Assembly: GCA_026389055.1 (NCBI GenBank)
Contig: JAPLIO010000165.1
Coordinates: 1 to 32,594, forward strand
DNA: 32,594 nucleotides
Reading direction: 5' to 3'
Source of the DNA: Candidatus Melainabacteria bacterium
GTDB taxonomy: Bacteria; Cyanobacteriota; Vampirovibrionia; Vampirovibrionales; JAJTHC01
Part shown: one piece after another, positions 1 through 9,609 of the stretch
How the letters are laid out: every line of letters begins with the position of its first letter
How positions within the stretch are numbered: position 1 is the first letter of the stretch
Program-made: the position numbers and the translations under genes
The notes under the pieces: generated by a model
The model's database searches: none
The model's input: the letters and a program-made list of their open reading frames with translations, nothing else
Told to the model about the DNA's origin: nothing

Positions 1-46
1 TAGAAGCGATAATAGCGATATGGTCTATTTGGGTAAAAAATTTCAT
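1..46 (-). CDS. 5' fragment of a probable VOC/glyoxalase-family protein (YaeR-like), runs off the window edge
   Basis: Reverse strand from ATG at 46 reads MKFFTQIDHIAIIAS, matching the xHIAIIxSD N-terminal motif of VOC proteins. GAGGA SD-like motif upstream. Only 15 codons visible. Confidence 0.55.
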   Translation of the reverse strand, partial: MKFFTQIDHIAIIAS

Positions 47-225
47 CGGCTCTATTTCCTCAACTATTGCTTGTAAGGGTTACTGGTTTAGTATAACAAA
101 ATCACAATAAAAATGGCGGTTTTCTATGCTTCCTATTGATAGCAATCTTGGCTTGACGTAAGATAGTAGCAACGAATCTTAACCTTCCCTTTTGTAAGAC
201 TGATTTAATATGGAGACCCTTCCCT

Positions 226-798
226 ATGTCCAATTTTTCAGACCCTCAAGCCGTTTTAAAAGACGCTGAAGACCGTATGAATAAAGCCATTGCTTCAACC
301 CAGCATGAGTTAGGCACCCTAAGAACGGGGCGTGCCAACCCAAGTATGTTAGACCGTGTTTCTGTCGATTATTACGGCACGCCAACCCCTGTTCGGCAAA
401 TGGCGAATTGTTCCATTTCTGAAGGGGCAACTATTGTCATTCAACCTTACGATAAATCTACGTTGAGTGCCATTGAACGAGCCATTGCAAAATCTGATTT
501 AGGGTTGACCCCTAACAATGATGGTTCCATTATTCGCCTTAGCATTCCTGCACTTTCAACAGACCGCCGTAAAGAAATTTGCAAATTAGCCGCCAAATTA
601 GGCGAAGAAGGCAAAGTGGCTATTCGTAACGTGCGTAGAGATGCCATGGACGAATTGAATAAACTAAAAAAAGATGCCAACTTGCCTGAAGATGAGTTGA
701 AATCTCTGCAAGAAGTCATTCAAAAGAAAACTGATGCCCATATTAAAGAATTGGAAAAAGTGGTAAAAGAAAAAGAAGAGGAAATCTTACAGGTTTAA
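226..798 (+). CDS. frr: Ribosome recycling factor
   Basis: LRTGRANPSMLD, YYGTPTP, LGLTPNNDG and IRNVRRDA motifs; 190 aa. Confidence 0.98.
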   Translation: MSNFSDPQAVLKDAEDRMNKAIASTQHELGTLRTGRANPSMLDRVSVDYYGTPTPVRQMANCSISEGATIVIQPYDKSTLSAIERAIAKSDLGLTPNNDGSIIRLSIPALSTDRRKEICKLAAKLGEEGKVAIRNVRRDAMDELNKLKKDANLPEDELKSLQEVIQKKTDAHIKELEKVVKEKEEEILQV

Positions 799-799
799 T

Positions 800-1756
800 A
801 TGATGAGCCACCCTGCTGCTTCTGAACCCACCGTACCACACAGTGTAACGCCTTCTTCGTTACCCGCACCCAAAAGCCCTATGGCTCGGGTTAGAACGGG
901 CGTTATTGTTGCGTTGGTGTTTTTATCTGCATTGGCTTTAGGGGGCTGGGTTTGGGCGTTAATGACGTTGGTTGCAATGGCTCAATGCTTTGAAGAACTG
1001 CGTAAAATGTTGCTGGTTCGGGAACAAACGGCTTCACGCATTGCCTTTTATTCGGCGATTGTTCCGCTTGTTATTCTCGCTCAACTAGGCAAGGTGGATT
1101 GGTTCTGGCCCGTACTGATGATGGGTTTTACGCTCAGTTGTTTTCAATGGCTATTTAAAAGCCCTAAACGTACCATTGCAGATTTAGGGGCAACCCTACT
1201 TGCCATGATTTATACAGGGTTTTTACCCCTTCACGCTATTTTAATTCGTAATTTTGATTTACACGCATTGGTTCATCACCCATTTTGGCAACAAACAGGC
1301 GTTCAGCTTTTGTTTCTAATTATTGGCGTGATTGCCTGTTCAGATATTGGTGCCTATTATGTGGGAAAAGCCTTTGGTAAGCATCTGCTTTCACCTGAAC
1401 TAAGCCCTAAAAAAACCCAAGAAGGGGCTTTTGGTGGCTTAATTGCAGGGCTTATTTTTGGGCTAGGCGTTGCCATGGCGATTAACTTTCCCCTACACCA
1501 TGCCTTTATTCTTAGTACGCTGTTGGTTATTTGCGGAGCGTTGGGTGATTTAGTGGAATCAAAACTAAAGCGAGAAGCGGGCGTGAAAGATTCTGGTGGC
1601 TTACTAGCAGGACATGGTGGATTGCTAGACAGATTAGATAGTTACTTGTTTTCTGTAGCTGTGGCGTATTATTATATTCATTGGATTGTACGGGAAGATG
1701 GTATTGCCAAAGAATGGGCATCCCTGCTATCCCAATTACTTTCGGGGCATTGGTGA
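800..1756 (+). CDS. cdsA: Phosphatidate cytidylyltransferase
   Basis: Polytopic membrane protein with SDIGAYYVGKAFG, LSPKKTQEG and KREAGVKDSGGLLAGHGGLLDRLDS signatures; directly after frr. Confidence 0.96.
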   Translation: MMSHPAASEPTVPHSVTPSSLPAPKSPMARVRTGVIVALVFLSALALGGWVWALMTLVAMAQCFEELRKMLLVREQTASRIAFYSAIVPLVILAQLGKVDWFWPVLMMGFTLSCFQWLFKSPKRTIADLGATLLAMIYTGFLPLHAILIRNFDLHALVHHPFWQQTGVQLLFLIIGVIACSDIGAYYVGKAFGKHLLSPELSPKKTQEGAFGGLIAGLIFGLGVAMAINFPLHHAFILSTLLVICGALGDLVESKLKREAGVKDSGGLLAGHGGLLDRLDSYLFSVAVAYYYIHWIVREDGIAKEWASLLSQLLSGHW

Positions 1757-1759
1757 ACA

Positions 1760-2578
1760 ATGCACGCCTCTCTACCTTCTTCTACTGAACCTTGGCAGGA
1801 TGAATTTCCGTCTGAATTTGAGATGGAATTATTGTCAGAAGAGCGGTTGGCGGAAATAAACCAATTGCTGGAAAGTCTTCATGCCTGCCCAACGAACCAT
1901 CCGCAGTTATACCATATGGCGTTAACGCATAGTTCTTACACGTATGAAAACAAGCTTTCGCCGTTGTGCAATTTTGAACGGCTGGAGTTTTTGGGCGATG
2001 CGGTACTGAAGTTGACTGTTTCTCAGCTACTTTACGACCGATTCCCCAATTACAGAGAAGGCGAATTAACGAAAATCCGCTCTGTTATTGTAAGCGATGC
2101 CGTACTAGCCAAAGTAGCAGACCGCTTGGGGTTGGGGCACTTCATTGTGTTTGGCATTAGTGAAGCCCGCAGTGGCGGAGCGAAAAAGCAATCAAGCTTG
2201 GCGTGTGCGTTGGAATCGTTATTGGGGGCGTTTTATTTGGATGGGCAGTTTGATACGTGTCAACGCTTGTTGGGCGATGTGTTGGATGAAGAAATTACGG
2301 CGATTGATTTAAATAAGACGAAAGATAATTTTAAGGCGGTTTTGCAGGAACATACGCAGGCTGAAGAATTGGGGCTGCCAGATTATAAAACGTTGGAAGA
2401 AAAAGGCCCTCCGCATAACAAAACGTTTGTGATTGAGTGTTGGGTCAATGAGGAAGTGGTTGGCGTGGGGCGGGGTAAAAGTAAGAAGCAAGCCCAGCAG
2501 GATTCAGCTAAAATGGCACTAATTACCCTAAACGTACTCCCTGCCGAAGAAGACGCTTCGTCGGCTAGTACCGTTTAA
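1760..2578 (+). CDS. rnc: Ribonuclease III
   Basis: ERLEFLGDAVL signature, EGELTKIRS, C-terminal dsRBD (FKAVLQE...GRGKSKKQAQQDSA). Confidence 0.97.
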   Translation: MHASLPSSTEPWQDEFPSEFEMELLSEERLAEINQLLESLHACPTNHPQLYHMALTHSSYTYENKLSPLCNFERLEFLGDAVLKLTVSQLLYDRFPNYREGELTKIRSVIVSDAVLAKVADRLGLGHFIVFGISEARSGGAKKQSSLACALESLLGAFYLDGQFDTCQRLLGDVLDEEITAIDLNKTKDNFKAVLQEHTQAEELGLPDYKTLEEKGPPHNKTFVIECWVNEEVVGVGRGKSKKQAQQDSAKMALITLNVLPAEEDASSASTV

Positions 2579-2649
2579 AAGGTTTTCTGCTTCCAAATCA
2601 AAATACGAAGCAAGCATTATTTATTAGCTTTACTGAAATTTTTAACTTC

Positions 2650-2866
2650 AAACCCTATGCAGTTGGAAATAGGCTGGTGCGAGCGTAGCGAAGCAGGGCA
2701 ATTAGGGAGCCTCTAGCTTCCGCCCAAGCCTATTTTGAACGTGCAAGCAAACCAATCAACCCTTGAGAGGGGTTTATTAAGGGGGCGTGGAGCCCCCTTA
2801 ATTTTGCGGGGGGTGTGGGGGGTGCCCAAATGGTACCCCCATGAAGCCCCAGACCGAAGCGATAAC
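2650..2866. repeat. Dispersed ~220-bp GC-rich structured repeat, copy 1
   Basis: Near-identical to 7151-7369, including an ~60-bp identical block AACCAATCAACCCTTGAGAGGGG...GGAGCCCCCTTAATTTTGCGGGGG; several hairpins. Confidence 0.9.
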
Positions 2867-2875
2867 TTTAAGATT

Positions 2876-3607
2876 CTAACTAGCTTCCGATGGCACTTCG
2901 GCGGGCTTACCTTCGGGCCATAACCGATACCCACCGCCATAAATGGTTTCAATATAAGTATGTGCTAACTTCAGTTTTTCAAACTTCGCCCGTAAATGCC
3001 TTACATGCACCCGAATAGTCTCCACATCATCATCTGGCTCATAACCCCAAACTTCTTTCAGCAACGTGGCTAAAGAAATGGTCTTCCCATAGTTTTGAAT
3101 CAAACAGTGGACAATCTCAAATTCCGTGGGGGTTAGCTTAATTAACTGCCCTTGCACGGTAATTTCTAAATTATCTGGCATTAAAGTAAAATGCCCAACC
3201 GTGCGAATTTCGCCCTTTTGAAGCGATTCTGGCAAGGCATTCGCCCGCCGTAACAATGCCCGCACCCGAACCAATAATTCAGGTAATTCAAACGGTTTGG
3301 TTAGGTAGTCATCCGCACCCACATCAAAGCCTTTAACCTTGTCTTGCACTTGCCCTAAGGCCGTTAGCATGAGTACGGGCGTATTAGCAATAACAGCATC
3401 TTTCCGAATGCGTTGGCATACGGTGTAGCCATCTACTTCGGGCATCATCAAATCCAGCAACACCAAATTAGGGCGTTCCTGTTGAACTAACGCTAAGCCA
3501 GTAACGCCATCCAAGGCGGTTTTTACGGTATGCCCTTGAATTTCCAAGTTCAGTTTTATCAGTTCTACAATGGAAGGGTTATCATCAATTACAACAATTT
3601 TAGCCAT
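2876..3607 (-). CDS. rpaA: OmpR-family response regulator, RpaA-like
   Basis: Receiver domain (VIDD, LLDLMMP, MLTA, GADDYLTKPF) plus wHTH KEVWGYEPDDDVETIRVHVRHLR, nearly identical to the cyanobacterial RpaA recognition region as I recall it. Confidence 0.8.
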   Translation of the reverse strand: MAKIVVIDDNPSIVELIKLNLEIQGHTVKTALDGVTGLALVQQERPNLVLLDLMMPEVDGYTVCQRIRKDAVIANTPVLMLTALGQVQDKVKGFDVGADDYLTKPFELPELLVRVRALLRRANALPESLQKGEIRTVGHFTLMPDNLEITVQGQLIKLTPTEFEIVHCLIQNYGKTISLATLLKEVWGYEPDDDVETIRVHVRHLRAKFEKLKLAHTYIETIYGGGYRLWPEGKPAEVPSEAS

Positions 3608-3631
3608 GAGAATGGGGTTTTCCTTCTAATT

Positions 3632-4861
3632 TTAGGGTTTTAAAAGCGAGGGTAATTTATGCTCGGTTTGCCAATTGGGATTTTCAGTTTTATAATCGGC
3701 TACAGCTCTATCTAATTCCAGCTTAAAGGCTTGAAGTGCTTCGGCTTCGGGTACTTTTTGAATGCGGTCTTCCCCACGGAAGATGTAGTACTGCCCAATG
3801 CCACCCGCTATGCCAATATCGGCTTGTTCGGCTTCACCAGGCCCGTTGACGAAACAACCCATAACCGCTACTTTAAGCGGTACATCCAGCTTGGCAATGA
3901 GGGCTTCTACTTGGCTGGTTAGCCCGTGCAAATCCACTTCGCATCTGCCACAAGCGGGGCAACTAATTAAATCGGCACCCGTTTTCCGTAAGCCAACGGC
4001 TTTCAAAATTTCATGCCCAGCTAACACTTCTTCGATAGAATCTGCTGTGAGTGAAATGCGGATGGTATCGCCAATGCCTTCGCTAAGCAACATACCTAAA
4101 GCGAACGCACTTTTAACTAAGCCTCGTTTTAGGGTACCAGCTTCGGTTACACCTAAGTGAAGCGGGTATCCACATCGGCTAGCTACTTCACGGTAGGCGG
4201 CGACGGCTTCCATGGGGTCGCTACCTTTGACGGAAATGGCAAATTGCGTGAAGTCTTCTTGCTCTAAAATTTGAGCGTTCAGCAACGCACTTTCAACTAA
4301 TTGACGCACCATTTGCTTGGGGTACTTCAGTTTAATTGGTTTTTCTATAGAACCCCCATTCACGCCAATACGAATGGGCAAATTGCGTTCTTTGCATTTA
4401 TGAACAACCGCTTTCACAAATTCTTTAGATGATAAATTACCGGGGTTAATCCGAATGGCGTGGGCACCGTTATCAGCAGCTTGTAGGGCTAAACGATAAT
4501 CAAAGTGAATATCTGCCACTACGGGAATGGGGCTTTTGGGCACGATAATTTTCAAGGCTTCGGCGGCTTCTTTATCAGGTACGGCTAGCCGAATAATTTC
4601 ACAGCCTGCATCTGCCAAGCGTTGAATTTGGTAGATGGATTCCTTCACATCTCTGGTATCGTTCACCAACATGGATTGCACGGAAATGGGGGCATTGCCA
4701 CCAATGGCAACAGAACCCACTAAAATTTGGCTACTCTTCCTACGAATAACGGCTTGCGGAAACCGAGGGAAATCGCACGCTAAGGGGGCGTAAATATCGT
4801 CTACAAAACTAGCCTCTTGTGGCAAATTATCTATATTAGGTACCACGGTGGTCATCATCAT
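3632..4861 (-). CDS. ispG: 4-hydroxy-3-methylbut-2-en-1-yl diphosphate synthase (GcpE)
   Basis: PISVQSM, VADIHFDY, IRINPGN, PLHLGVTEAG, GIGDTIRISL, CPACGR...GCFVNGPGE Fe-S motifs. Start is one of three tandem ATGs at 4853-4861. Confidence 0.97.
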   Translation of the reverse strand: MMMTTVVPNIDNLPQEASFVDDIYAPLACDFPRFPQAVIRRKSSQILVGSVAIGGNAPISVQSMLVNDTRDVKESIYQIQRLADAGCEIIRLAVPDKEAAEALKIIVPKSPIPVVADIHFDYRLALQAADNGAHAIRINPGNLSSKEFVKAVVHKCKERNLPIRIGVNGGSIEKPIKLKYPKQMVRQLVESALLNAQILEQEDFTQFAISVKGSDPMEAVAAYREVASRCGYPLHLGVTEAGTLKRGLVKSAFALGMLLSEGIGDTIRISLTADSIEEVLAGHEILKAVGLRKTGADLISCPACGRCEVDLHGLTSQVEALIAKLDVPLKVAVMGCFVNGPGEAEQADIGIAGGIGQYYIFRGEDRIQKVPEAEALQAFKLELDRAVADYKTENPNWQTEHKLPSLLKP

Positions 4862-4992
4862 CAACGGAAGGAATCCTCTACAAAGACAAATAAATTAATA
4901 TAGTTGTATTGTACGACTAGGATTCACCATTGTCGATAGATTACGCCATTTTACTAGTAATATATAACGTTTTATTAATATCTTATGGCGAT

Positions 4993-6960
4993 TTATAAAA
5001 TTTCGGGTTGGCGTTCCAGCGGTAATTCAGAAACCAGCACCACGGTTTTAATCCGATGCCCCTCTAATTCCTGAACGGTGATGGTCATCCCCTCAAAAAA
5101 GATGCTATCGTTAGGTTCGGGTTCACGCCCTAGTTGCCCAAACACAAAGCCCGCAATGGTTTTAAAGTCATCTTCAGGAATGTGTAAATTCAGTTCGGCA
5201 TTCAGGTCTTCAATTAAATACCGCCCCGGTACAATCCAGTGTGTTGGCGAAAGGGAAACTAATTCATCTTCATCGCCTTGTTCGTCGGCATCTTCCCATA
5301 GTTCGCCTACTAGCTCTTCCATTAAATCTGCCACAGTTACTAAGCCTGCAAAGCCACCGTGTTCATCTATCACGGCTGCCATTTGAAATTTAGACCGTTT
5401 TAAATCTTCCAGCAACGCAGTTAGCGTTTTATTTTCGGGGTAAATAGGGATATCTTTTAGCAACCCTGCTAAATTGGGTTTTAACCGCATGGCAGTGTCT
5501 TCATCTGCTAAGCATTTCAGCACTTCTCGTTCATGAATAACCCCTTCCAATTGGTCGATGGTTTCCTTGTAAACGGGCAACTTAGAATGCCGATGTTCCG
5601 TAAATAATTTGGCTACTTCTAGCACGGGCGTATCAAAATCCACCATTACCACATCTGTTCGGGGAATCATCACATCGGAAACTACTCGTTCCGAAAACGC
5701 CATCACGTTGGAAAGCATGACACCTTCTTGGGGGGCTATTACTTGCTGAATTTGCCCTTCTTCCACCAATTTATCGAACGATTCTCGCCAAGTGGCTTCG
5801 CTTTCATCCGCTTCTACTTCAACTACCACATCACGCACCCGAGGATGGGTCGATTGAATGCGTTCCTTGAGGTGGTCAATAATATCATCCATCTGCCGAA
5901 TAGGAATATCGGGGTCTACCTGCACTTTTAGTTGCACAAACAGCCCACTAATGCCTTGGTCAATCGTTTTTAAATCCATAATAGAGGCCACGCCGTGGGT
6001 TTTTGAAACCACATCGCTTAAGCTTTTTTCCGTTTTACTAGAAGCAGAAACCCCTGTTAAAAACGACCGATTATAGCTAAACAGATTAACTGCCAGCACC
6101 ATCAGCAAAATACCAATCACAACCGAAGCAATGGCATCAGGAATTTGAGCTTGTGTTGGGGTTAGCCACTTTGCGTGAACGCCCCATTCACCAATTAACA
6201 AAGCGAACAAGGCAATTAATGCCCCTGTAAAAGCTATTAAATCTTCAAAAAACACAAAGCGGGTGGTGGGGCTGGTTACAAACTTTACTCGTTTAAGGGC
6301 TTTGGGGAACATTGCCCAGACGGAAACTTTTTCTCCGTTGCCTGCTTCTTGCAGTACGGCGTTGGAAGCGGCGGTTAATGCCCCAATTTCAAAGAAAACG
6401 CTCAGCACCAAAATAACAATAGCCCAAGTAATATCGCCCAATTCTTTGCTTGGGTGAACAAGGCGTTCTACCCCCATGTAAACCGAAACCAAGGCACTGA
6501 CAAATAAAATAAAGCTGGCTAATAATGCCCAAAAATTGGCTTCTAATCCGTACCCAAAATGGTGCGAACGGTCTGGGGGGCGTTTACCTTGAATAATACC
6601 AAATAGCAGGGTAAAGCTGTTGAAGGTATCGGCAGCGGAATGCAATCCTTCGCTAAACAAGGCAGCAGAACGGGTAATAGTGGAAGCTACCACTATTTTA
6701 CAAGCTGCAATTAGCCCATTAAATAACATGGCATATAGCACGGCATTCAAGGCGTGCTTGTAGTGTAAATCTTTGGTTTTATCAATGCCCGCTGTGGTCT
6801 CTTGAAAAGTAATACCATCGGTTGAACTGACGGTGGTTTTGGTCTTCGGGGAGGCAATGGCTGAACTGGTAGCGGGTTCAGTTAGTACGGAAGCCCCTGC
6901 TTTTAGGGGGTCAGAAGGCGGAGGTGAAGAAGTAAGCGGGGCAGAAGAGCTACTGTCCAT
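4993..6960 (-). CDS. Cation diffusion facilitator fused to a CBS pair and CorC/HlyC domain
   Basis: N-half: SEGLHSAAD (TM2 HxxxD), PPDRSHHFGYG, FFEDLIA and a dimerisation domain. C-half: VMIPRTD, HSKLPVY, VIDEHGGFAGLVTVADLMEELVGE, TIAGFVF..LGREP. ATG at 6960 preferred over the TTG at 7035. Confidence 0.88.
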   Translation of the reverse strand: MDSSSSAPLTSSPPPSDPLKAGASVLTEPATSSAIASPKTKTTVSSTDGITFQETTAGIDKTKDLHYKHALNAVLYAMLFNGLIAACKIVVASTITRSAALFSEGLHSAADTFNSFTLLFGIIQGKRPPDRSHHFGYGLEANFWALLASFILFVSALVSVYMGVERLVHPSKELGDITWAIVILVLSVFFEIGALTAASNAVLQEAGNGEKVSVWAMFPKALKRVKFVTSPTTRFVFFEDLIAFTGALIALFALLIGEWGVHAKWLTPTQAQIPDAIASVVIGILLMVLAVNLFSYNRSFLTGVSASSKTEKSLSDVVSKTHGVASIMDLKTIDQGISGLFVQLKVQVDPDIPIRQMDDIIDHLKERIQSTHPRVRDVVVEVEADESEATWRESFDKLVEEGQIQQVIAPQEGVMLSNVMAFSERVVSDVMIPRTDVVMVDFDTPVLEVAKLFTEHRHSKLPVYKETIDQLEGVIHEREVLKCLADEDTAMRLKPNLAGLLKDIPIYPENKTLTALLEDLKRSKFQMAAVIDEHGGFAGLVTVADLMEELVGELWEDADEQGDEDELVSLSPTHWIVPGRYLIEDLNAELNLHIPEDDFKTIAGFVFGQLGREPEPNDSIFFEGMTITVQELEGHRIKTVVLVSELPLERQPEIL

Positions 6961-7150
6961 AGGGTCTTTTCGGTACCTGTTAAAATTGAAGGCTCGGTAG
7001 AGCAGTTGGGTAATGATTGTTTTATTATAAGTCAAATCAATATAAAAAGGTAGCTATTAAGAAATATCTAACATATTTAAAGGAAGCCTTGCAATTTGAC
7101 AAGAAATTGAACGTTCAATTTTTTTAGATTTTATTGGAATTGTTAGTTTA

Positions 7151-7369
7151 AAACCACATCTAGTTGGGAACAGGCTGGTGCGAGCGTAGCGAAGCAGACC
7201 AATTAGGAAACCCTCTGGTTTTCGGTCAAGCCTGTTTTCAACGTGCGTGGGAACCAATCAACCCTTGAGAGGGGTTTATTAAGGGGGCGTGGAGCCCCCT
7301 TAATTTTGCGGGGGTATGGGGGGTGGCCAAATGGCACCCCCCACGAAGCCCTAGCTCGAAGCGATTAAC
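7151..7369. repeat. Dispersed ~220-bp GC-rich structured repeat, copy 2
   Basis: Same orientation as and high identity to 2650-2866; lies between the divergent CDF-CBS and rsmA genes. Confidence 0.9.
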
Positions 7370-7502
7370 CTGTCTGTATTCATTAAACAAAAAACGTTAG
7401 GTGTTAAGCATATCTGCAGGAAACCTTGCAATTTAGACAGGCTTGTGGGTTGATAGAACTATCATTATTTATGTTCATACTGTGATGGAGTCTCTAATCT
7501 CA

Positions 7503-8642
7503 ATGAAAAATACCACTAAACCCTATATGCCCAAAAGCTACACGCCTCGTAAAAAAACAGAAGGCTTCAATGGTGGGTCTGTGCCCAATGGCTTCGGTGC
7601 AGGCAAAAAGGCTTCAAATGGCGGAAAAAATAATGCGTTGGCGACGCCTTCCGTTTCACAAAACCCCTTGCTTAACGAAGCAAAAAAAATGCTGGCTAGA
7701 AAACGCTTTGGGCAAAACTTCCTTATTAGCCAATCCGTCATTGATGGCATTGTTCGGTGTTTAGATTTAAACCCCGCTACGGATAACGTCCTTGAAATTG
7801 GCCCAGGTTTAGGGTTTTTAACACAAAGCTTACGTCCAAACGTGAAGCATTTAACTTGTGTTGAATTAGATAAACGCATGGTGGATTATTTAGCTCGGAA
7901 ATTTCAATTGCTCCCTTCGAAAACATCTGAAGGCATTGATGAGCTAGACGTTGAATTCGATGCTGATGAAACAGACACCATGGCAGCGGATGAACCTGAA
8001 GAAACCCCTGCTTATATTAAAGGCGGTAACTTGTTGGAACCCATCCATGTGGAAGGCTTTAGCCTTATTCAGCAAGATATTTTGGCGTATCCGTTAGAAG
8101 CTATTCCCTACGATAAATTTAAAGTGGTGGGTAACATTCCTTATAACATTACTAGTGGCGTACTATTTAAGTTTGCGGGTGAATTAGAAGAAACCATCGT
8201 GCCAATGCGTCAAAAAGTGCAACAGCTAACCTTTATGGTGCAACGTGAAGTGGGTGAACGGATGGTTGCCCCAGCAGGGGGTAAGGCTTACAGTCCGCTT
8301 TCTATTGCCTTACAATATTGGTTTGAAGTACAGCAGGAATTTTTAGTACCCCCTGAAGCGTTTCAACCTCGTCCTAAAGTAACTTCGGTGGTTGTTAGCC
8401 TTATTCCTCGGGCAGAACCCTTGTGCCAAGTGGATGATTTAACGTTTATGAAGAAATTAGTTCGGGCGTCTTTCCAACAACGCCGTAAAACGTTGAAAAA
8501 TTCTTTATTGCATGATACTGGCATTCAGCCTCAAGCGTTGGAACAAGCATTACAAGAAACGGGTATTTCCCCAATGGCACGCCCTGAAACGTTGACCATT
8601 CAACAGTTCGGAGCATTAAGTAATGCCCTTACCCGCCAATAA
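7503..8642 (+). CDS. rsmA: 16S rRNA (adenine1518/1519-N6)-dimethyltransferase with N-terminal extension and acidic insertion
   Basis: KRFGQNFL, VLEIGPGLG, VELD, VVGNIPYNIT, MVQREV, FQPRPKVTS, FQQRRKTL, RPETL. Start at ATG 7503 (GGAG upstream) is estimated. Confidence 0.95.
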   Translation: MKNTTKPYMPKSYTPRKKTEGFNGGSVPNGFGAGKKASNGGKNNALATPSVSQNPLLNEAKKMLARKRFGQNFLISQSVIDGIVRCLDLNPATDNVLEIGPGLGFLTQSLRPNVKHLTCVELDKRMVDYLARKFQLLPSKTSEGIDELDVEFDADETDTMAADEPEETPAYIKGGNLLEPIHVEGFSLIQQDILAYPLEAIPYDKFKVVGNIPYNITSGVLFKFAGELEETIVPMRQKVQQLTFMVQREVGERMVAPAGGKAYSPLSIALQYWFEVQQEFLVPPEAFQPRPKVTSVVVSLIPRAEPLCQVDDLTFMKKLVRASFQQRRKTLKNSLLHDTGIQPQALEQALQETGISPMARPETLTIQQFGALSNALTRQ

Positions 8643-9609
8643 GACGGTTACGGTTGCTAGCCCTGCAAAACTGAATTTATCACTTCGCTTGTTGGCTCCG
8701 CGTCCGCAAGATGGCTTTACGGAACTGCACAGCATTGTCGCGTTGATAGATTGGCAAGACACGCTTTCTTTCACACGGTCAGAAGCGGTTTTATCTACGG
8801 GAGAAAATTCGCATGAAGTGGCGTTTACTTGTTCTGTTCCCTCGTTAACAGCTAACCCTGAAGATAATTTAGTGGTTAAAGCTGTTCGTCTGTTTTATCA
8901 GCAAGTGCCCTTTTCTGTTTTGCCTTCATCTTGTCGTCCAACGCAATGGGTAGTAGCATTGCAAAAAAATATCCCTTCCCAAGCGGGTTTAGGGGGCGGT
9001 AGTAGCAATGCGGCTTCAACGCTCCGTTTTTTAAGGGATTGGCATCAGGCTAAAGATGCCGTTACCTGTTACACATTGCCTGCACTACAGCAGCTGGGTA
9101 GCCAGTTAGGGTCAGATATTCCTCTGTTTTTAGCTGCAGAAACGCCCGCTGTGGTTTGTATGACGGGACGAGGCGAACGGGTAACCACCTTACCCCCGTT
9201 GGCATTGAATAGTTTGGCTGGTATTGTTTGTGTGGTTGTTAAACCAAAGGCTATTTCTGTTTCTACTCCCTTGGCATTTCAAGCACTACATAGGCAACAG
9301 GCGTATAGCCAAGTTTCTGAAATGGCTCAACTGGCTTGGTTGGAAGGGTTAATGGCTGGGGTTCCCTTACAGAAATTGACCCCTTATTTAGTGAATGAAT
9401 TTGAACCGTTGGTTTGGCACTTGGAACCAGCTTTACAACCCTTAACAGAAAAATTAAAAAGCTTAGGAGCCTTTCACGCCCTATTATGTGGTAGTGGGTC
9501 TGCTGTAGTGGGCTTGTTTGAAATAGGCAAAGAACCCCACCATGAGGTGCTTAACGCCTTGTTCCCTAAGGCGGATTTTGATTGGATGAGCGTTCCATTC
9601 TTAAGCTAG
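8623..9609 (+). CDS. ispE: 4-diphosphocytidyl-2-C-methyl-D-erythritol kinase
   Basis: PAKLNLSL, NLVVKA, KNIPSQAGLGGGSSNAA, LGSDIP, GRGE, GSGS; the rsmA-ispE pairing is common. Confidence 0.93.
   Translation: MPLPANKTVTVASPAKLNLSLRLLAPRPQDGFTELHSIVALIDWQDTLSFTRSEAVLSTGENSHEVAFTCSVPSLTANPEDNLVVKAVRLFYQQVPFSVLPSSCRPTQWVVALQKNIPSQAGLGGGSSNAASTLRFLRDWHQAKDAVTCYTLPALQQLGSQLGSDIPLFLAAETPAVVCMTGRGERVTTLPPLALNSLAGIVCVVVKPKAISVSTPLAFQALHRQQAYSQVSEMAQLAWLEGLMAGVPLQKLTPYLVNEFEPLVWHLEPALQPLTEKLKSLGAFHALLCGSGSAVVGLFEIGKEPHHEVLNALFPKADFDWMSVPFLS

Noticed and set aside
226-1756. uppS missing between frr and cdsA; dcw cluster reduced to murD-ftsW-murG
   Set aside because: Such rearrangements are common and the missing genes may lie elsewhere in the genome.
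2713-2952. Short ORFs 2713-2952(-), 2735-2923(+) and 7057-7257(-)
   Set aside because: They are translations of the GC-rich repeat or overlap rpaA; no protein-like features.
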